Assembly (NCBI GenBank): GCA_965644495.1
Contig: CBFFSA010000008.1
Location: 372,001 to 436,000 of the forward strand
DNA length: 64,000 nucleotides
From: Perkinsela sp. CCAP 1560/9
Taxonomy: Eukaryota > Protista > Euglenozoa: Kinetoplastea
Reading direction: 5' to 3'
Translations under genes and position numbers: made by a program
Notes under the pieces: model-generated
What the model was told of the DNA's origin: nothing
The model's database searches: none
What the model saw: only the letters and a program-made list of their open reading frames with translations
Shown here: piece after piece, positions 1 to 10,219 of the stretch
How positions within the stretch are numbered: the first letter of the stretch is position 1
Layout: each line of letters opens with the position of its first letter

Positions 1-730
1 ACAGATTACGGGCAGGCATGGGACACATACATTCCCAAACCCTCTCATCACTACTGACCCTCTCCCATCTTCACCACACCTCCTTTCCCCCCCACACCGC
101 AGTAACCACTAGTCCGCTCTCCCTCCCCTGTGCACCACAGTAACCCCACTTTCTCTTTCTCCTCCACAATAACCATCAACGACTTCATTGATGCTCTTCA
201 ATCATCATGCTTTATTGTATCCATGTCATGTCCGCAGCAATTTCCCGGAGAAAACACGTGTGGACTTCATGTAGCAAACAACATGTATTGTGCTTTGTTT
301 CCTTATCTGGGTAGAGGTTACAAAGTGTTTCTATTTTGGCTGCGCCCAGCGACGCATACCCCCTAGTAATTTGTCATCCGCCCTACGCCCCTAGTTATTT
401 GTCACTGTTCTTCAAAAAAAAAATGCAAAGATTTCTGTTATAATAATTATTGACTGCCCCTATGGATTAAACGCGATTAAATATTCTGATGCTCCACCTG
501 ATAAAAAATATCTTGTGTTTTTCCTTGGTTTCTTCGAAAAAATCATATTTTCGATGCCATGGTGGTCTATTTGACGACAGATGTTCTTGAGCTGGTACCC
601 ACCCGGTCGCTGAATCATAAAAGCTACCGTAATTAAGCTTTAAGGTATCTACGGAAAATGATTCTAACTGTACCACGGCAATCCCTTGGGTTCGCATCAG
701 CATACTTTTTGTCAGGGTATCATGGCGAAA

Positions 731-1168
731 TCATGGTGCTTGCGTGGAAACTAACGTTGGATACATCTGATAAAACATTTGAAAGCCACCTGAAAGCACT
801 GATACGCTCGCAGTATCTTTTTCTGGAATGTTGATTTCCCTCATTACATCTACACAAAGGGCAGCTGCTGCGGGACCACGCTGTTGACTGAACATACAGT
901 GAAAAACAAGGGTACATTTGGAAATATTGGCCTCGTCGCGTAGAGTTTGCTTCTCAAAAAGACGTCTACGATCAGAAAACAATGTGTGGAGGAATTCCTG
1001 CATTTTTAAGCGGCATAATGATTTTGAAGGCAGATGCAAACTCTGCGGTATGTATCCCTCTGCCCGGTCCTCATCGCGCACATCTACAACAATTACTTCT
1101 TTCCGAAAAAGAGCCCCGCCCTTTATCACAGTGGCAAGCTCTGCGCTAGTTATTTTTCGTACGGACAT
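731..1168 (-). CDS. Cdc25-like rhodanese-fold phosphatase / ACR2-type arsenate reductase
   Basis: VDVRDEDRAEGYIPQSLHLPS, active-site loop VFHCMFSQQRGP (HCx5R) and C-terminal VLSGGF. The start is set at ATG 1168 (MSVRK); the longer ORF begins at a GTG inside the tandem repeat. Confidence 0.85.
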   Translation of the reverse strand: MSVRKITSAELATVIKGGALFRKEVIVVDVRDEDRAEGYIPQSLHLPSKSLCRLKMQEFLHTLFSDRRRLFEKQTLRDEANISKCTLVFHCMFSQQRGPAAAALCVDVMREINIPEKDTASVSVLSGGFQMFYQMYPTLVSTQAP

Positions 1169-1338
1169 GTTCATAAGAAATATTGGGTTTTGTAAACAAC
1201 AATTTTGTTGTACTACTTCTGGTATATTACATGCAGTATGAATATACAGTACTACAGTACGAATTTCAAAACGCAACCTACCATATCCCGTGACGGAAAC
1301 GTTCTGAGAAAATAGAGAACTGAAGAAGCGAAAAAGCG

Positions 1339-1519
1339 GAAACAAATACTGTTCTCTTATTAAGCTTTTCTCCACTATTGTTCACCCTGGTTTGTTTGAA
1401 ACAAATATTATTCTCTTATTAAGCTTTTCTCCACTATTGTTCACCCTGGTTTGTTTGAAACAAATATTATTCTCTTATTAAGCTTTTCTCCACTATTGTT
1501 CACCCTGGTTTGTTCGAAA
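1339..1519. repeat. Tandem repeat, 3 x 59 bp
   Basis: Unit gaaacaaatattattctcttattaagcttttctccactattgttcaccctggtttgttt at 1339, 1398 and 1457; near-identical, no spacers. Confidence 0.95.
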
Positions 1520-2025
1520 AGTGGATTTTCAAAATCGACATGAATTTTTCTTAATTTATTTATCTTATTTTTCGAATAATGTAGTTCATGACACAAGCAC
1601 ATACATTAGGAAAATAGATATTTCAGGTTACATTATCATTTCAGGTTCACTCAAACCCCTTTTCAAACATCTCCCTCTGTTACCCGCTTCACTGGTCTGG
1701 ACTGGTGACCCGCAAACGTGACGTTGAGGGGGCTTTCATTAAAACGGTATCGATGCTTCAAACTTCGACCCCATCTCTCTTGTATTTAATGGCTATGCAC
1801 GGCGATTTTCGGCAAAGGGCACAACCCGTCGAAATACTTATCCTTATAAAATTAATTAAGAAAAGACGCAGTACAGTGTAGTCTACTCGCAATTAATTTC
1901 TGATGTCTGTGCTTTTGCAGTAGGCAAAGACAGTTGTATTGGCCTTCCAAACATGAAAATGTTTTGCCCCAAAATTGTCAGCCATACTATCGTCGGCTAT
2001 ACCAACCATTGTGTATGAGTAATAC

Positions 2026-2409
2026 TCAAAAAGGATATGGTGGCAACGGACGTTGTCTCAGAATTCCACTTATTCGTTGTTGACACCATATTTTATGTTC
2101 TTCCTCTTTCTTCAAATAATCTTGCCTGAACAGCTTTGCTTCACGAAGAGAAAGCGTTCTAACAGCTCGATTGTAAGCTTTTATACCTTCAAGATCGGGC
2201 GATATATATTCTCTAATGAAAGTTGCCATTTGCAGGCCGATTCTATGCAAAGATTGGATGTCCTGCCGCGGTGTATCCTTGTGGTATTTGTATAATTCTA
2301 GCTTGATTTTATGTCGAGCCCAGAATAATTGTGCACGATCCTGAGGATAAGCATCACGAATAGCTTGACACAACTTACGGTAAAGATGCTGTGAAGAGTT
2401 CCAAGACAT
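2026..2409 (-). CDS. Small LYR-motif-like protein, probably mitochondrial
   Basis: N-terminal LYRKL followed by a helical segment with LFWARHKIKLEL; 127 aa with an ATG start. Confidence 0.6.
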   Translation of the reverse strand: MSWNSSQHLYRKLCQAIRDAYPQDRAQLFWARHKIKLELYKYHKDTPRQDIQSLHRIGLQMATFIREYISPDLEGIKAYNRAVRTLSLREAKLFRQDYLKKEEEHKIWCQQRISGILRQRPLPPYPF

Positions 2410-2697
2410 GGAATGCCAAACTGAGTAGAAGGAAAGCGAGAAATTAAAACGTAAATAAAGTTATAAAGTTCATCGCGGACACACCGAATTGTTGGAAACT
2501 ACTGTACATTACATCGCACTACAAGTCGTGAGCGATACAATCGAGTCCGTTTTCCTGTTTGTGTTAGAAACCAAGGATTCGAACTCTATTCGGCCTCAAA
2601 TCATCGATTGACACGATATGCGCTTAAATGTGAGTTTGATGCCCTTGAAGAGCGCAGGGATCACGATACATTAGAAATTTGAGCTATAAGATTTTGT

Positions 2698-3069
2698 CTA
2701 CTTGGAGACTATTGTATTGTTCGGGCTCTCTGGAGCCAAACATCCATAGTTCTCTGTTACAGACAGTCCTGTTGTACTAGATAAAGTAATAAGACGATCA
2801 CTGATGTGCAAAAGTTGGAGATTTCGCGATCTTCCCTTATTTTCCTTGTCACTATTCATAATGGCTGTTGCTGTTGTCCTATTAGACCGGGAACATCGAC
2901 TCTCAATATTATTCTCACAATTTGGTAATGTAACAAAGTCTTTTCCTAATCTACTGCCCAACACAGCACAAGCATGCAAGAAACTTTCCTCTTCGTGATA
3001 TATGCGACGCTCAATTTCAATTAATTGACATCCCACACGTTCTCTCGGGGCGTGCTCCAAAAATTCCAT
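2698..3069 (-). CDS. Hypothetical protein
   Basis: Open minus-strand frame co-oriented with the cluster; no recognisable motif. Confidence 0.3.
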   Translation of the reverse strand: MEFLEHAPRERVGCQLIEIERRIYHEEESFLHACAVLGSRLGKDFVTLPNCENNIESRCSRSNRTTATAIMNSDKENKGRSRNLQLLHISDRLITLSSTTGLSVTENYGCLAPESPNNTIVSK

Positions 3070-3736
3070 GATACTAAATCGCACTATACATGTATGTATG
3101 TAGTAAGCATGAACCGGATAAAGTCATTACTGTTCAAAAAGGAAGAACTTAACGAGACGCACAAAACTTGTACTGGCACTGAAAGCCTATTACAGTGTAT
3201 GTAACGTACATGTTTCTTATCATGTCCCACGCGAACTAGTGCCTCAGCTTTCTTAAGGAACCTCTGACTTCCGCGTTACATCCAAGCCAAAATTTTATCG
3301 CTAAAACTCATGGTACATTTTTTTTTGTTTTTTAATTAAAAGTTGTCAATTTTTGGCAAGAACCATTTTTCTATTTTATTTTTGTCAATTTCACATGAAG
3401 TCTGATGTTGGCAACCACCTTTTAGAGAAGAGTGCCATAGATTTCGCACAAACTCAAATTTCATCAATTTTTTGACCATCCTTGACAATCATCGAGTGAG
3501 ATTTCGGTTTCGACTACTGTGTATTCTAAGGTAACCGGGTGACACTCAGTGCGATTATAGAAGTATAAAGAGAACCCGCGGTAAACCTCGTAGCCACGAA
3601 CAGGCAAGCTGGACGACACAAAACGTCGTAAGGCTCTGTTGCCTTTTTAGATGATGAATCAATGGGACCTATAAGGATAATTTTATGTGAACTACTTAGC
3701 GAAAATCTTGACAAAATCGATATCGTAGAAGACGCA

Positions 3737-4026
3737 TCGTAGACCCCCCCAGTAACAAGGATTTGACCCTTTTTCGGCGGTCCCCCAGTAACAAGGATTT
3801 GGCTCGGGAGGGTGGTTGGAGGGAGGTGTTTGGGCGGGTGGGGGTTGCTGGGCGGGTGAGAGTAGTTGCGCGGGAGCGAATGGCGTAGTTGCGGGGGTGG
3901 CTGGACAAAAAAGCAACGCATTCATGAACAAAAAGGGTCTTTTCCCACCCAAAAGGCATACCCCCCAATAACAAGGATTTGGTCATTTCGGCCCAAAATC
4001 GATTCTATTACTGGGGGGGTCTACGG
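3737..4026. mobile_element. MITE-like element, Tc1/mariner/pogo-type termini (family A)
   Basis: Perfect 18-bp inverted repeat cgtagacccccccagtaa (3738-3755) / ttactgggggggtctacg (4008-4025). TA at 4027-4028, CA at the left flank. Internal repeats cccca(g/a)taacaaggatttg at about 3747, 3783 and 3963. Confidence 0.75.
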
Positions 4027-4166
4027 TATTAGAAATTGGTAGCATACTGAAAGGGGAAAGGGGACTATGTGGTGTGCGACGAGCAGCACTCATCGCATCT
4101 ACCGAACAAGTTTCATTTCTCCCATAAAAACAAAATTTGGACTGATATTTCCAATGCGAAGGTATC

Positions 4167-6983
4167 TTACGACATGAAGACATCCACGTCTGACTTGGCA
4201 GTTGGCTCTGTGCCCCGAAGAAAAGCGTGTTCTAAAAGTTGCTCTACTGTCGCCCTCTTTTCTGAATCTCTTTCAAAGCACTTTAAAAGAAAATCTGCAA
4301 GCAAAGGGTCTAATTCTGTTGGTAAGTTTGGTGGTAAGCCGGATGTTTCAGTAATTTGCTGCATTGCTTGATACAGTGTTGCTGCCTGTCTCCATGGTGG
4401 TCGACCTCCATTGAGCATTTCCACAATTGTACACCCGAAGGACCATACGTCTGAATTGTACGTCCACTTGACTCCATGAAATGCTTCGGGCGCCATCCAA
4501 AGAGGGGTTCCCGTAATCGTCGCAGTTTCGGAACCAGTGACCAATTTTTTGGCCGTTCCAAAATCAGCAACTTTCAGAACGCCTGTTTTGGAAATCAGTA
4601 CATTGTCTCCTTTGAGATCACGATGTACAATCTGATGATTATGAAGGTGCTTTAACGCACTCAATATCTGGGTAGCGTAGCTTTGTAACGTTACTTTACT
4701 GAGGCCACCACTTGGAAGTTTTCGGCACATTTGGCTAAGGCTTCCTCCTTCAGCGTACTCCATCGCAATGGTAATGTCACGTGTGTTGCGATTCAGCTGA
4801 CAACCGTAATACTTGATCAAATTCCTATGTTCGGGAAGTTCCCTCATTAGGTTAACTTCTCTCACAATACTCTGTGCTTCCTTGAGAGAAAGTCGGTCAC
4901 GATGCTTCCCTTTTAGAGGAATGACTTTCAATGCGACAACGGTTCCTGTATCTTCTCTAAACGCTTTGAATACTTTACCGTGAGCCCCACGTCCGATGAG
5001 ATGCCCGCGGGTAAACTTCAATGTTGGGCTACTATCTGCGGATTTCGCGGCGATATCCATAAAAATATAATCCGTTGCTGAACGGGAAGTATTGTCAGAG
5101 AATGGTGAAGGACTTGGTGCTGATGACGGACTTCCTTGTGGTGACTCTGTGTCAAGATCTGATGAAAACGAGAATGATTCCTGTTGAGTTGGTGTTGAAG
5201 GACTTGAGAGTGCTCCGTTGTTCACAGTATATGCGCTTTCTTCCTCCGGCGCTGGTAGCAGAGATTGCAATGCTGGAGGTTTTTCGGATCTTACGGAACC
5301 CATTGAAGAAATAATGTCTTCTGAAGATGTAGTGAATGCCTCACACTGGCTTGATTTTTTCTTACGATAAAGCAATATACTCATTAATGCAGCGTTCAGA
5401 AGAAAACAGACGCTTATCCATACAAGAAAAATACGTTTGTAATGATGCCTGTGAAGGAAAGGGGCCAATTGTCTTGCCGTCGGAGGTAATTCTATGCTAA
5501 AAATAAGGACCGATTCCGAAGGCTGTAGTTCCGTACTGCTATGAGCAAATAATTTGTTGCGACCCTTTTTGCTTACAGTCACCGTTGGCTGCTCAAAGAC
5601 ATCTGAAGATTCCTTTGAAACGCAGTGTTTACCCCCCACAACAGCAATAGTATATTCATTCAGTCGGGCATTCGGTAGATTTCCAGAGTATACCGCGTGC
5701 ATGGAAGAGCCCGCAAGCTGAAAATTATTACTCTCCAGTGATCCAAGTAAAAGATTCAAGTTCACAACTCGCCAACCACAGCTACGACAACTGAGGTCCA
5801 AAACCTCTGCAAAAGGAACTATATTGCCGTCTTCGCCGAACCCACCAAAAACAAACAAGTAATTTTTGCCCTTTGTTCCGTCACCAACTACTATAACAGA
5901 ATGGTGACTCCTTGCGTAATGAAGCGGAGCGTATGGCTTCCATCCTAATTGCTCCTTAAAAAACCAAACTTTGTTCGTAACTGCACCGTTTGATATGAGT
6001 TGACCCCCAATCACAAACAAGATCCGTAAGGCATACAATGCGATTCGATGTCCACGTAAGCTCTCTGGCAAAAGAGCAACGACCTTTTTCTGATAAAATA
6101 TTGGCCAATGAACAGTATCGTACTCAACAATTTCCCTGGAACAGTTCACACTATCCAATACTTCCCCTGAGAAACCTTGTCTTGGTGATAACACTGCAGG
6201 TTCAATAATTTTGCTATGCTTGCGAATCCGTGAAGAATCTTTACTTGTACTTATATCCTGCTGCCTTGAGTGTCCGACAGAATGTTGAGCATTTATTTCT
6301 TTGCGTACATTATGTATCCTCACGCCGCCTCCGACCCAGATATAATCCCCAAGTTGAACAATCGTACTTTCACTCACTGGTGGAACGTTCGTTCCCCACG
6401 GCTCTCCATGCTCAGGAGGGGCATACCAATGAGGTTCTAACCACTGCTCAGTGGCCAAATCGAACACATCCGTATGTTCTGGAATATGGCCTCGTGGACC
6501 CACGCCACCTAACAATATGGCTACGTGATTGTGTATAACTGCACCAGAAGCATTCACTCTAGGAGTATGATACAACCCGGTATGATCCCCTGGGAGAGAA
6601 AACCACTTACGTTTCTCCATATCATATTTGAAATTTCTGGTGGCCCAAGTGCCATTCGAATACGTACCCCCGAAAACATAAAGACCAGATGCATACAGAA
6701 GAGTTACTGAGCCCAATCGTGGACCGTCAGGAAGAGTTTCGGTATGCGGCTTTCCGACAAGTGCGATTGAGATGTTCAATTCGGTTAAAGAACACGAAAT
6801 ATTTTTTCTGACCATAGAGTCCGCTGAGTAAACTCTATGCATATTTTCTTGGCGGAAAAACGGATCCAAGTAGGTACGACCCAAAGTCAAACCCAATAAG
6901 ACGCTCCCCACGAGAGGCAGTAATATTGTTTGAAGACAATACTGACGTTCTGACAGAGTGCTGCATACTCTATTAACCGACAT
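4167..6983 (-). CDS. Receptor-like Ser/Thr kinase: N-terminal hydrophobic segment, Kelch repeats, TM helix, STE11/MAP3K-type kinase
   Basis: Kelch GG blades (LYVFGG, ILLGG, IWVGGG, LFVIGG, LFVFGG, IAVVGG). TM IFLVWISVCFLLNAALMSILLY followed by RKKK. Kinase motifs GRGAHG, VALK, HRDLKGDN, DFG, GTPLWMAPE, DVWSFGC. Confidence 0.9.
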   Translation of the reverse strand: MSVNRVCSTLSERQYCLQTILLPLVGSVLLGLTLGRTYLDPFFRQENMHRVYSADSMVRKNISCSLTELNISIALVGKPHTETLPDGPRLGSVTLLYASGLYVFGGTYSNGTWATRNFKYDMEKRKWFSLPGDHTGLYHTPRVNASGAVIHNHVAILLGGVGPRGHIPEHTDVFDLATEQWLEPHWYAPPEHGEPWGTNVPPVSESTIVQLGDYIWVGGGVRIHNVRKEINAQHSVGHSRQQDISTSKDSSRIRKHSKIIEPAVLSPRQGFSGEVLDSVNCSREIVEYDTVHWPIFYQKKVVALLPESLRGHRIALYALRILFVIGGQLISNGAVTNKVWFFKEQLGWKPYAPLHYARSHHSVIVVGDGTKGKNYLFVFGGFGEDGNIVPFAEVLDLSCRSCGWRVVNLNLLLGSLESNNFQLAGSSMHAVYSGNLPNARLNEYTIAVVGGKHCVSKESSDVFEQPTVTVSKKGRNKLFAHSSTELQPSESVLIFSIELPPTARQLAPFLHRHHYKRIFLVWISVCFLLNAALMSILLYRKKKSSQCEAFTTSSEDIISSMGSVRSEKPPALQSLLPAPEEESAYTVNNGALSSPSTPTQQESFSFSSDLDTESPQGSPSSAPSPSPFSDNTSRSATDYIFMDIAAKSADSSPTLKFTRGHLIGRGAHGKVFKAFREDTGTVVALKVIPLKGKHRDRLSLKEAQSIVREVNLMRELPEHRNLIKYYGCQLNRNTRDITIAMEYAEGGSLSQMCRKLPSGGLSKVTLQSYATQILSALKHLHNHQIVHRDLKGDNVLISKTGVLKVADFGTAKKLVTGSETATITGTPLWMAPEAFHGVKWTYNSDVWSFGCTIVEMLNGGRPPWRQAATLYQAMQQITETSGLPPNLPTELDPLLADFLLKCFERDSEKRATVEQLLEHAFLRGTEPTAKSDVDVFMS

Positions 6984-7325
6984 TTATGTACATAGAGACT
7001 AAAATTGAAGAGATTTCTTTAATCGTGGACAGCAAAAGTCACGAATAAAAGCTTGTCGCAAAGGGCTTTTTACATGCAGGGGGTGCACGAAAATATTGAG
7101 GATAAAATTCGTAAATGTTGGCCAATTTTGGAAGGTAGCATCGCATTCGAGAGCTCTCATAGAGTTACATGTGATATTATTACCTATCGCGCATTCTTGG
7201 GATTGTTTCCTAATTTTTTCCAATTGTTGAACCTGAATTCTGGTTGCCACAAAGTGCCATACACCCCTGTTCCACTTTTTTGCCCGCAATTGATTGAGCA
7301 CACCAGATGAGCTTTTCGAATTTTC

Positions 7326-7434
7326 TTTTTTAGGCTCTTCGTTATACGCGGTGGTCGCTTTCAACTTAGAAGTCACTCATGCTGCGCGCTTCGCGTTGAA
7401 AACTACCACCGCGTATGACGAAGAGCCTAAAAAA
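7326..7434. repeat. ~40-bp inverted repeat hairpin (mini foldback element); diverged third copy at about 8160-8210
   Basis: ttttttaggctcttcgttatacgcggtggtcgctttcaac (7326-7365) pairs with gttgaaaactaccaccgcgtatgacgaagagcctaaaaaa (7395-7434), 37/40 matches. Confidence 0.8.
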
Positions 7435-7835
7435 AAAATTGGCTTCGAAAGCAGGAGAAACCGGAAGGATTGGAGCCAAAATTAGCCAATTTTAGGGTAG
7501 AAATAGGGTTATTTTTGCGTATTTTTGTTCTCAGAGCACTAAATTCGACTTTTTTTAAATCACTCGTACGCATGAATGTAAGGCTACAGAACGTAATCGG
7601 TATAGAATTCGAGTCCAACGACACCATTCTTCCGGGACAAAAATACCCCTTTGGGACCGAAAAATACTTTTTGGCATTTTTTAGTCAAATTTGGGCCATT
7701 TTGGTAGGCGCACCACGGCTCATAGAAGGGGTATCTCGTGAAACCAACTGCGGAGAAAGCTAGTATATGTCCCGAACTCTCAAAATACAATAGGGGAAAC
7801 AGTTTTAAAAAAGTATTTTTTTTGCCATTTTTTTC

Positions 7836-8520
7836 GCCAAGTTGAATTTTTTTTGCAAAAGAATTTGGGTAACCGGCACTATAAATGTAGGTTAAAATCC
7901 ATTTTTTTCTGATGATTTTTTTCCGCTCGAAAAAACTTTTACATGACTTTTTAAAACGTTTCCACTCATACTCATGTCGTTCCAACTTATATTTCAATGC
8001 TTGGAATACTCAATGGACCGCCCAGGATATACTACATTGGCCTACTACATTGGTCTACTTGGTATTGGTGACCTGTAAAAAGGATAAGGTGCGCTCCCAG
8101 ACGCTCCCAGACACTCCCATCCAGTTTGAACCCTCTTGGAAGCCACCACGGCTACCCCCTTCGCGTTGAGAACTGCTTCCGCGTTTAACGCAAAGACTAA
8201 AAAGGAAAAAATTGCGAAACGATCCAGAATAATCCAACTTTTGGTACAAATACTCGATTCTCCCCATATTTCGTATTCTCCCCATATTTCGGACGTTTTT
8301 TGGGGTCTTACCATTAGAGGTAGGGGGCACATCTGATCGAAAAAACGTGTGGTCTGGTAAGTAAGCTAAAAAAATAAATAAGAAAAGAGATTAACGAAAG
8401 ATCAAAAACTTTTTCCTGAGTCCTTTTGGGCATGATTGTTCAAACAAATTTTACTTGTTTTCAACCTACATTTATAGTGCCGGTGAACCAAAAATTTTTC
8501 CGAAAAAATCCGAACTTGTC
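7836..8520. mobile_element. Pair of inverted ~60-bp transposon-end-like sequences (piggyBac-like TTAA|CCT termini)
   Basis: accggcactataaatgtaggtt (7872-7893) is the exact reverse complement of aacctacatttatagtgccggt (8463-8484), and similarity extends over about 60 bp. Ends read agg|TTAA and TCAA|cct. Confidence 0.5.
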
Positions 8521-8848
8521 GGACCCGTCCTGCGCATACGTGGGGGGGTCACCCCCGGGTAGGGGGGTGGAAAATACGTACCAGGACCCTGGCTACCCGT
8601 TCTGCGCTTTTGTTTCGAAAAATAATTTTTTCAAAAAAAAATTCGTGCGGTATGCCCCCCATGGACCCCCAAGGGTCCGATTTTTTTTTGAAATTTTTTG
8701 GACCACCGGAGCCCCTTTTATATATTTTTCTTCTATTATATTACTGTGTTCCTCTTATATTTTCACTGTTTTTGTTCACTTTTTTTTCAATAATCGAGGG
8801 TAAAGCGGTAGTTATACAACCACCGCAATTTTTTCAGCAAAGTACGTA

Positions 8849-9205
8849 CTGTCCCCCCCGTACGTAAGAGTCCGCCGATTTTAGGCAATTGGACTCCTAA
8901 GTGGGGGGGTCACAATTTTTCGGACTCTTAAGTGGGAGGGGGCCGCATTTTTTCCTAAAATTTCAATATGGCCGGTTCCGTTTTTTTTTCCTCTATTTTT
9001 TCTATTTTTGTACCATCAAGTACAAATCGCTTGGAAATATTAAAAACGCAATGGGCAGACAAAAAACAAAATCAAAGAAAATAGAAAAAAATCAAAGAAA
9101 AAAAAATCTGGCGGCGCTTCGCGCCGCAGGCAGCCCGAGGTTCCGTCAAAAAGGACTCTTAAGTAGGGGGAGTACCCCGCGGACTCTTAAGTAGGGGGGG
9201 GGCAG
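8849..9205. mobile_element. MITE, Tc1/mariner/pogo-type with TA target-site duplication (family B)
   Basis: TA|ctgtcccccccgtacgtaagagtccgc versus gcggactcttaagtagggggggggcag|TA, 26/29 inverted match. Internal ggactc(c/t)taagt repeats near 8891, 8923, 9153 and 9181. Hairpin gcggcgc-ttc-gcgccgc at 9111-9127. Confidence 0.85.
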
Positions 9206-9397
9206 TAAAAGATTCGCGAGATCGTGTAAAAAATGAGTTTTTCACCCCTTGTTTCAGCTGTGGTAGCTAAGCAAAAAAGGTTCGTTTTTTCCACGTTTTT
9301 CAGTAACAAATTGTGTTTTTTTGTGTTTTTTTAGGTTATTTTACCAGAATTTATGTATACTTCTATCTTCCATTTCTCTTTTGAAATGTCCTGATTA

Positions 9398-10066
9398 CTG
9401 TTACCCCCCCTTACTTAGCCCCCACTTTTTGGCCCAAAACCCATACTTTGTGGTGAAGTAAGGGGGGTGAATAAGCGACTCAAGGTTCGATCAATTTATA
9501 GTTCTCTCGGAAATCCTCAAATTATTGAAGTACACTATGCTATCGACATTGAGCATAATTCCCTTTTCTTGAGTGTGCAAGCCAGACTCTTCACAGCTAG
9601 ATTTGGAAGATTCGAGGCCGACGTCCTCTACCTGTTTTCGTTAGTACAAGACGGCATCAACGTGCTGCTACTAACCCGTTGTGTCGACGAATCGTACGGT
9701 GAACCCATGACAATCTTCAAAAGTCATCATTCCTGCAGCTACGTAGCCTTCCTGTAGCCGTTAACGTTCCCCCCGGAACGTTAAACCGGACTGTGGTTTA
9801 AAATCCCGGTATGACGGCGTCGTCACCAAGAAAGTTGCACCACAAACCTTTGTGCATCGATCTTTGTGTGCCATCTGTGTCCCCCCTTGAAGACCACTGG
9901 GCGTGGCTCTGCCTCGCCTTACAACGATGCAACGGTCGGTTGCAGTGCACCCCTCCGGCTGTGTAAAGAGGTGGTAAGTTGCCTGGAGAAAAATCTGACA
10001 CCCCCCCTTACTTCACCACACGTCCAGTGACTAACTGTGGTGAAGTAAGGGGGGAGGCGAAGTAAG
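9398..10066. mobile_element. Degenerate Tc1/mariner/pogo-type element (family C), right end truncated
   Basis: Left end TA|ctgttacccccccttactt. Motif tgtggtgaagtaagggggg at 9449 and 10036, and inverted at 10001-10020. A minus-strand interior frame reads RRGALQPTVASL*GEAEPRPVVFKGG, weakly like a pogo DDE_1 segment. Confidence 0.6.
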
Positions 10067-10187
10067 TAAGGTTCAAATTTACTTCAGTCTAACCGTTCAC
10101 GCATACCCAACGCTTGGCAGTGTCCTCGTGACACCCAAACGCCTTGGCGTCTGCAGGAAAAGAATCCGTTTCCTTAATCATAGTCTA

Positions 10188-10219
10188 ACTAGTATTTTAG
10201 TACGTACTAAAATACTAGT
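10188..10219. repeat. Perfect 32-bp palindrome
   Basis: actagtattttagtac|gtactaaaatactagt; a second palindrome atagtacgtactat lies at 10238-10251. Confidence 0.95.

Noticed and set aside
1-240. C-rich segment that might be a minus-strand gene
   Set aside because: The frames I translated contain stops and no motif is recognisable; it may be a pseudogene or the edge of a skew island.
1339-1519. Possible CRISPR array (contains GTTTGAAAC)
   Set aside because: The units are contiguous and near-identical, with no unique spacers and no cas genes, in a eukaryotic context.
3526-3986. Overlapping short ORFs with repeated QILVTGG/KSLLLG peptides
   Set aside because: They are translations of the MITE's internal repeats.
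7077-7269. hAT-like ends cagggggtgcacg ... catacacccctg
   Set aside because: The match is short and imperfect, and the 8-bp flanks (tttacatg vs ttccactt) are not a target-site duplication.
6999-9194. Many short K/F-rich ORFs on both strands
   Set aside because: They arise from A/T homopolymer-rich transposon relics and show no protein motifs.
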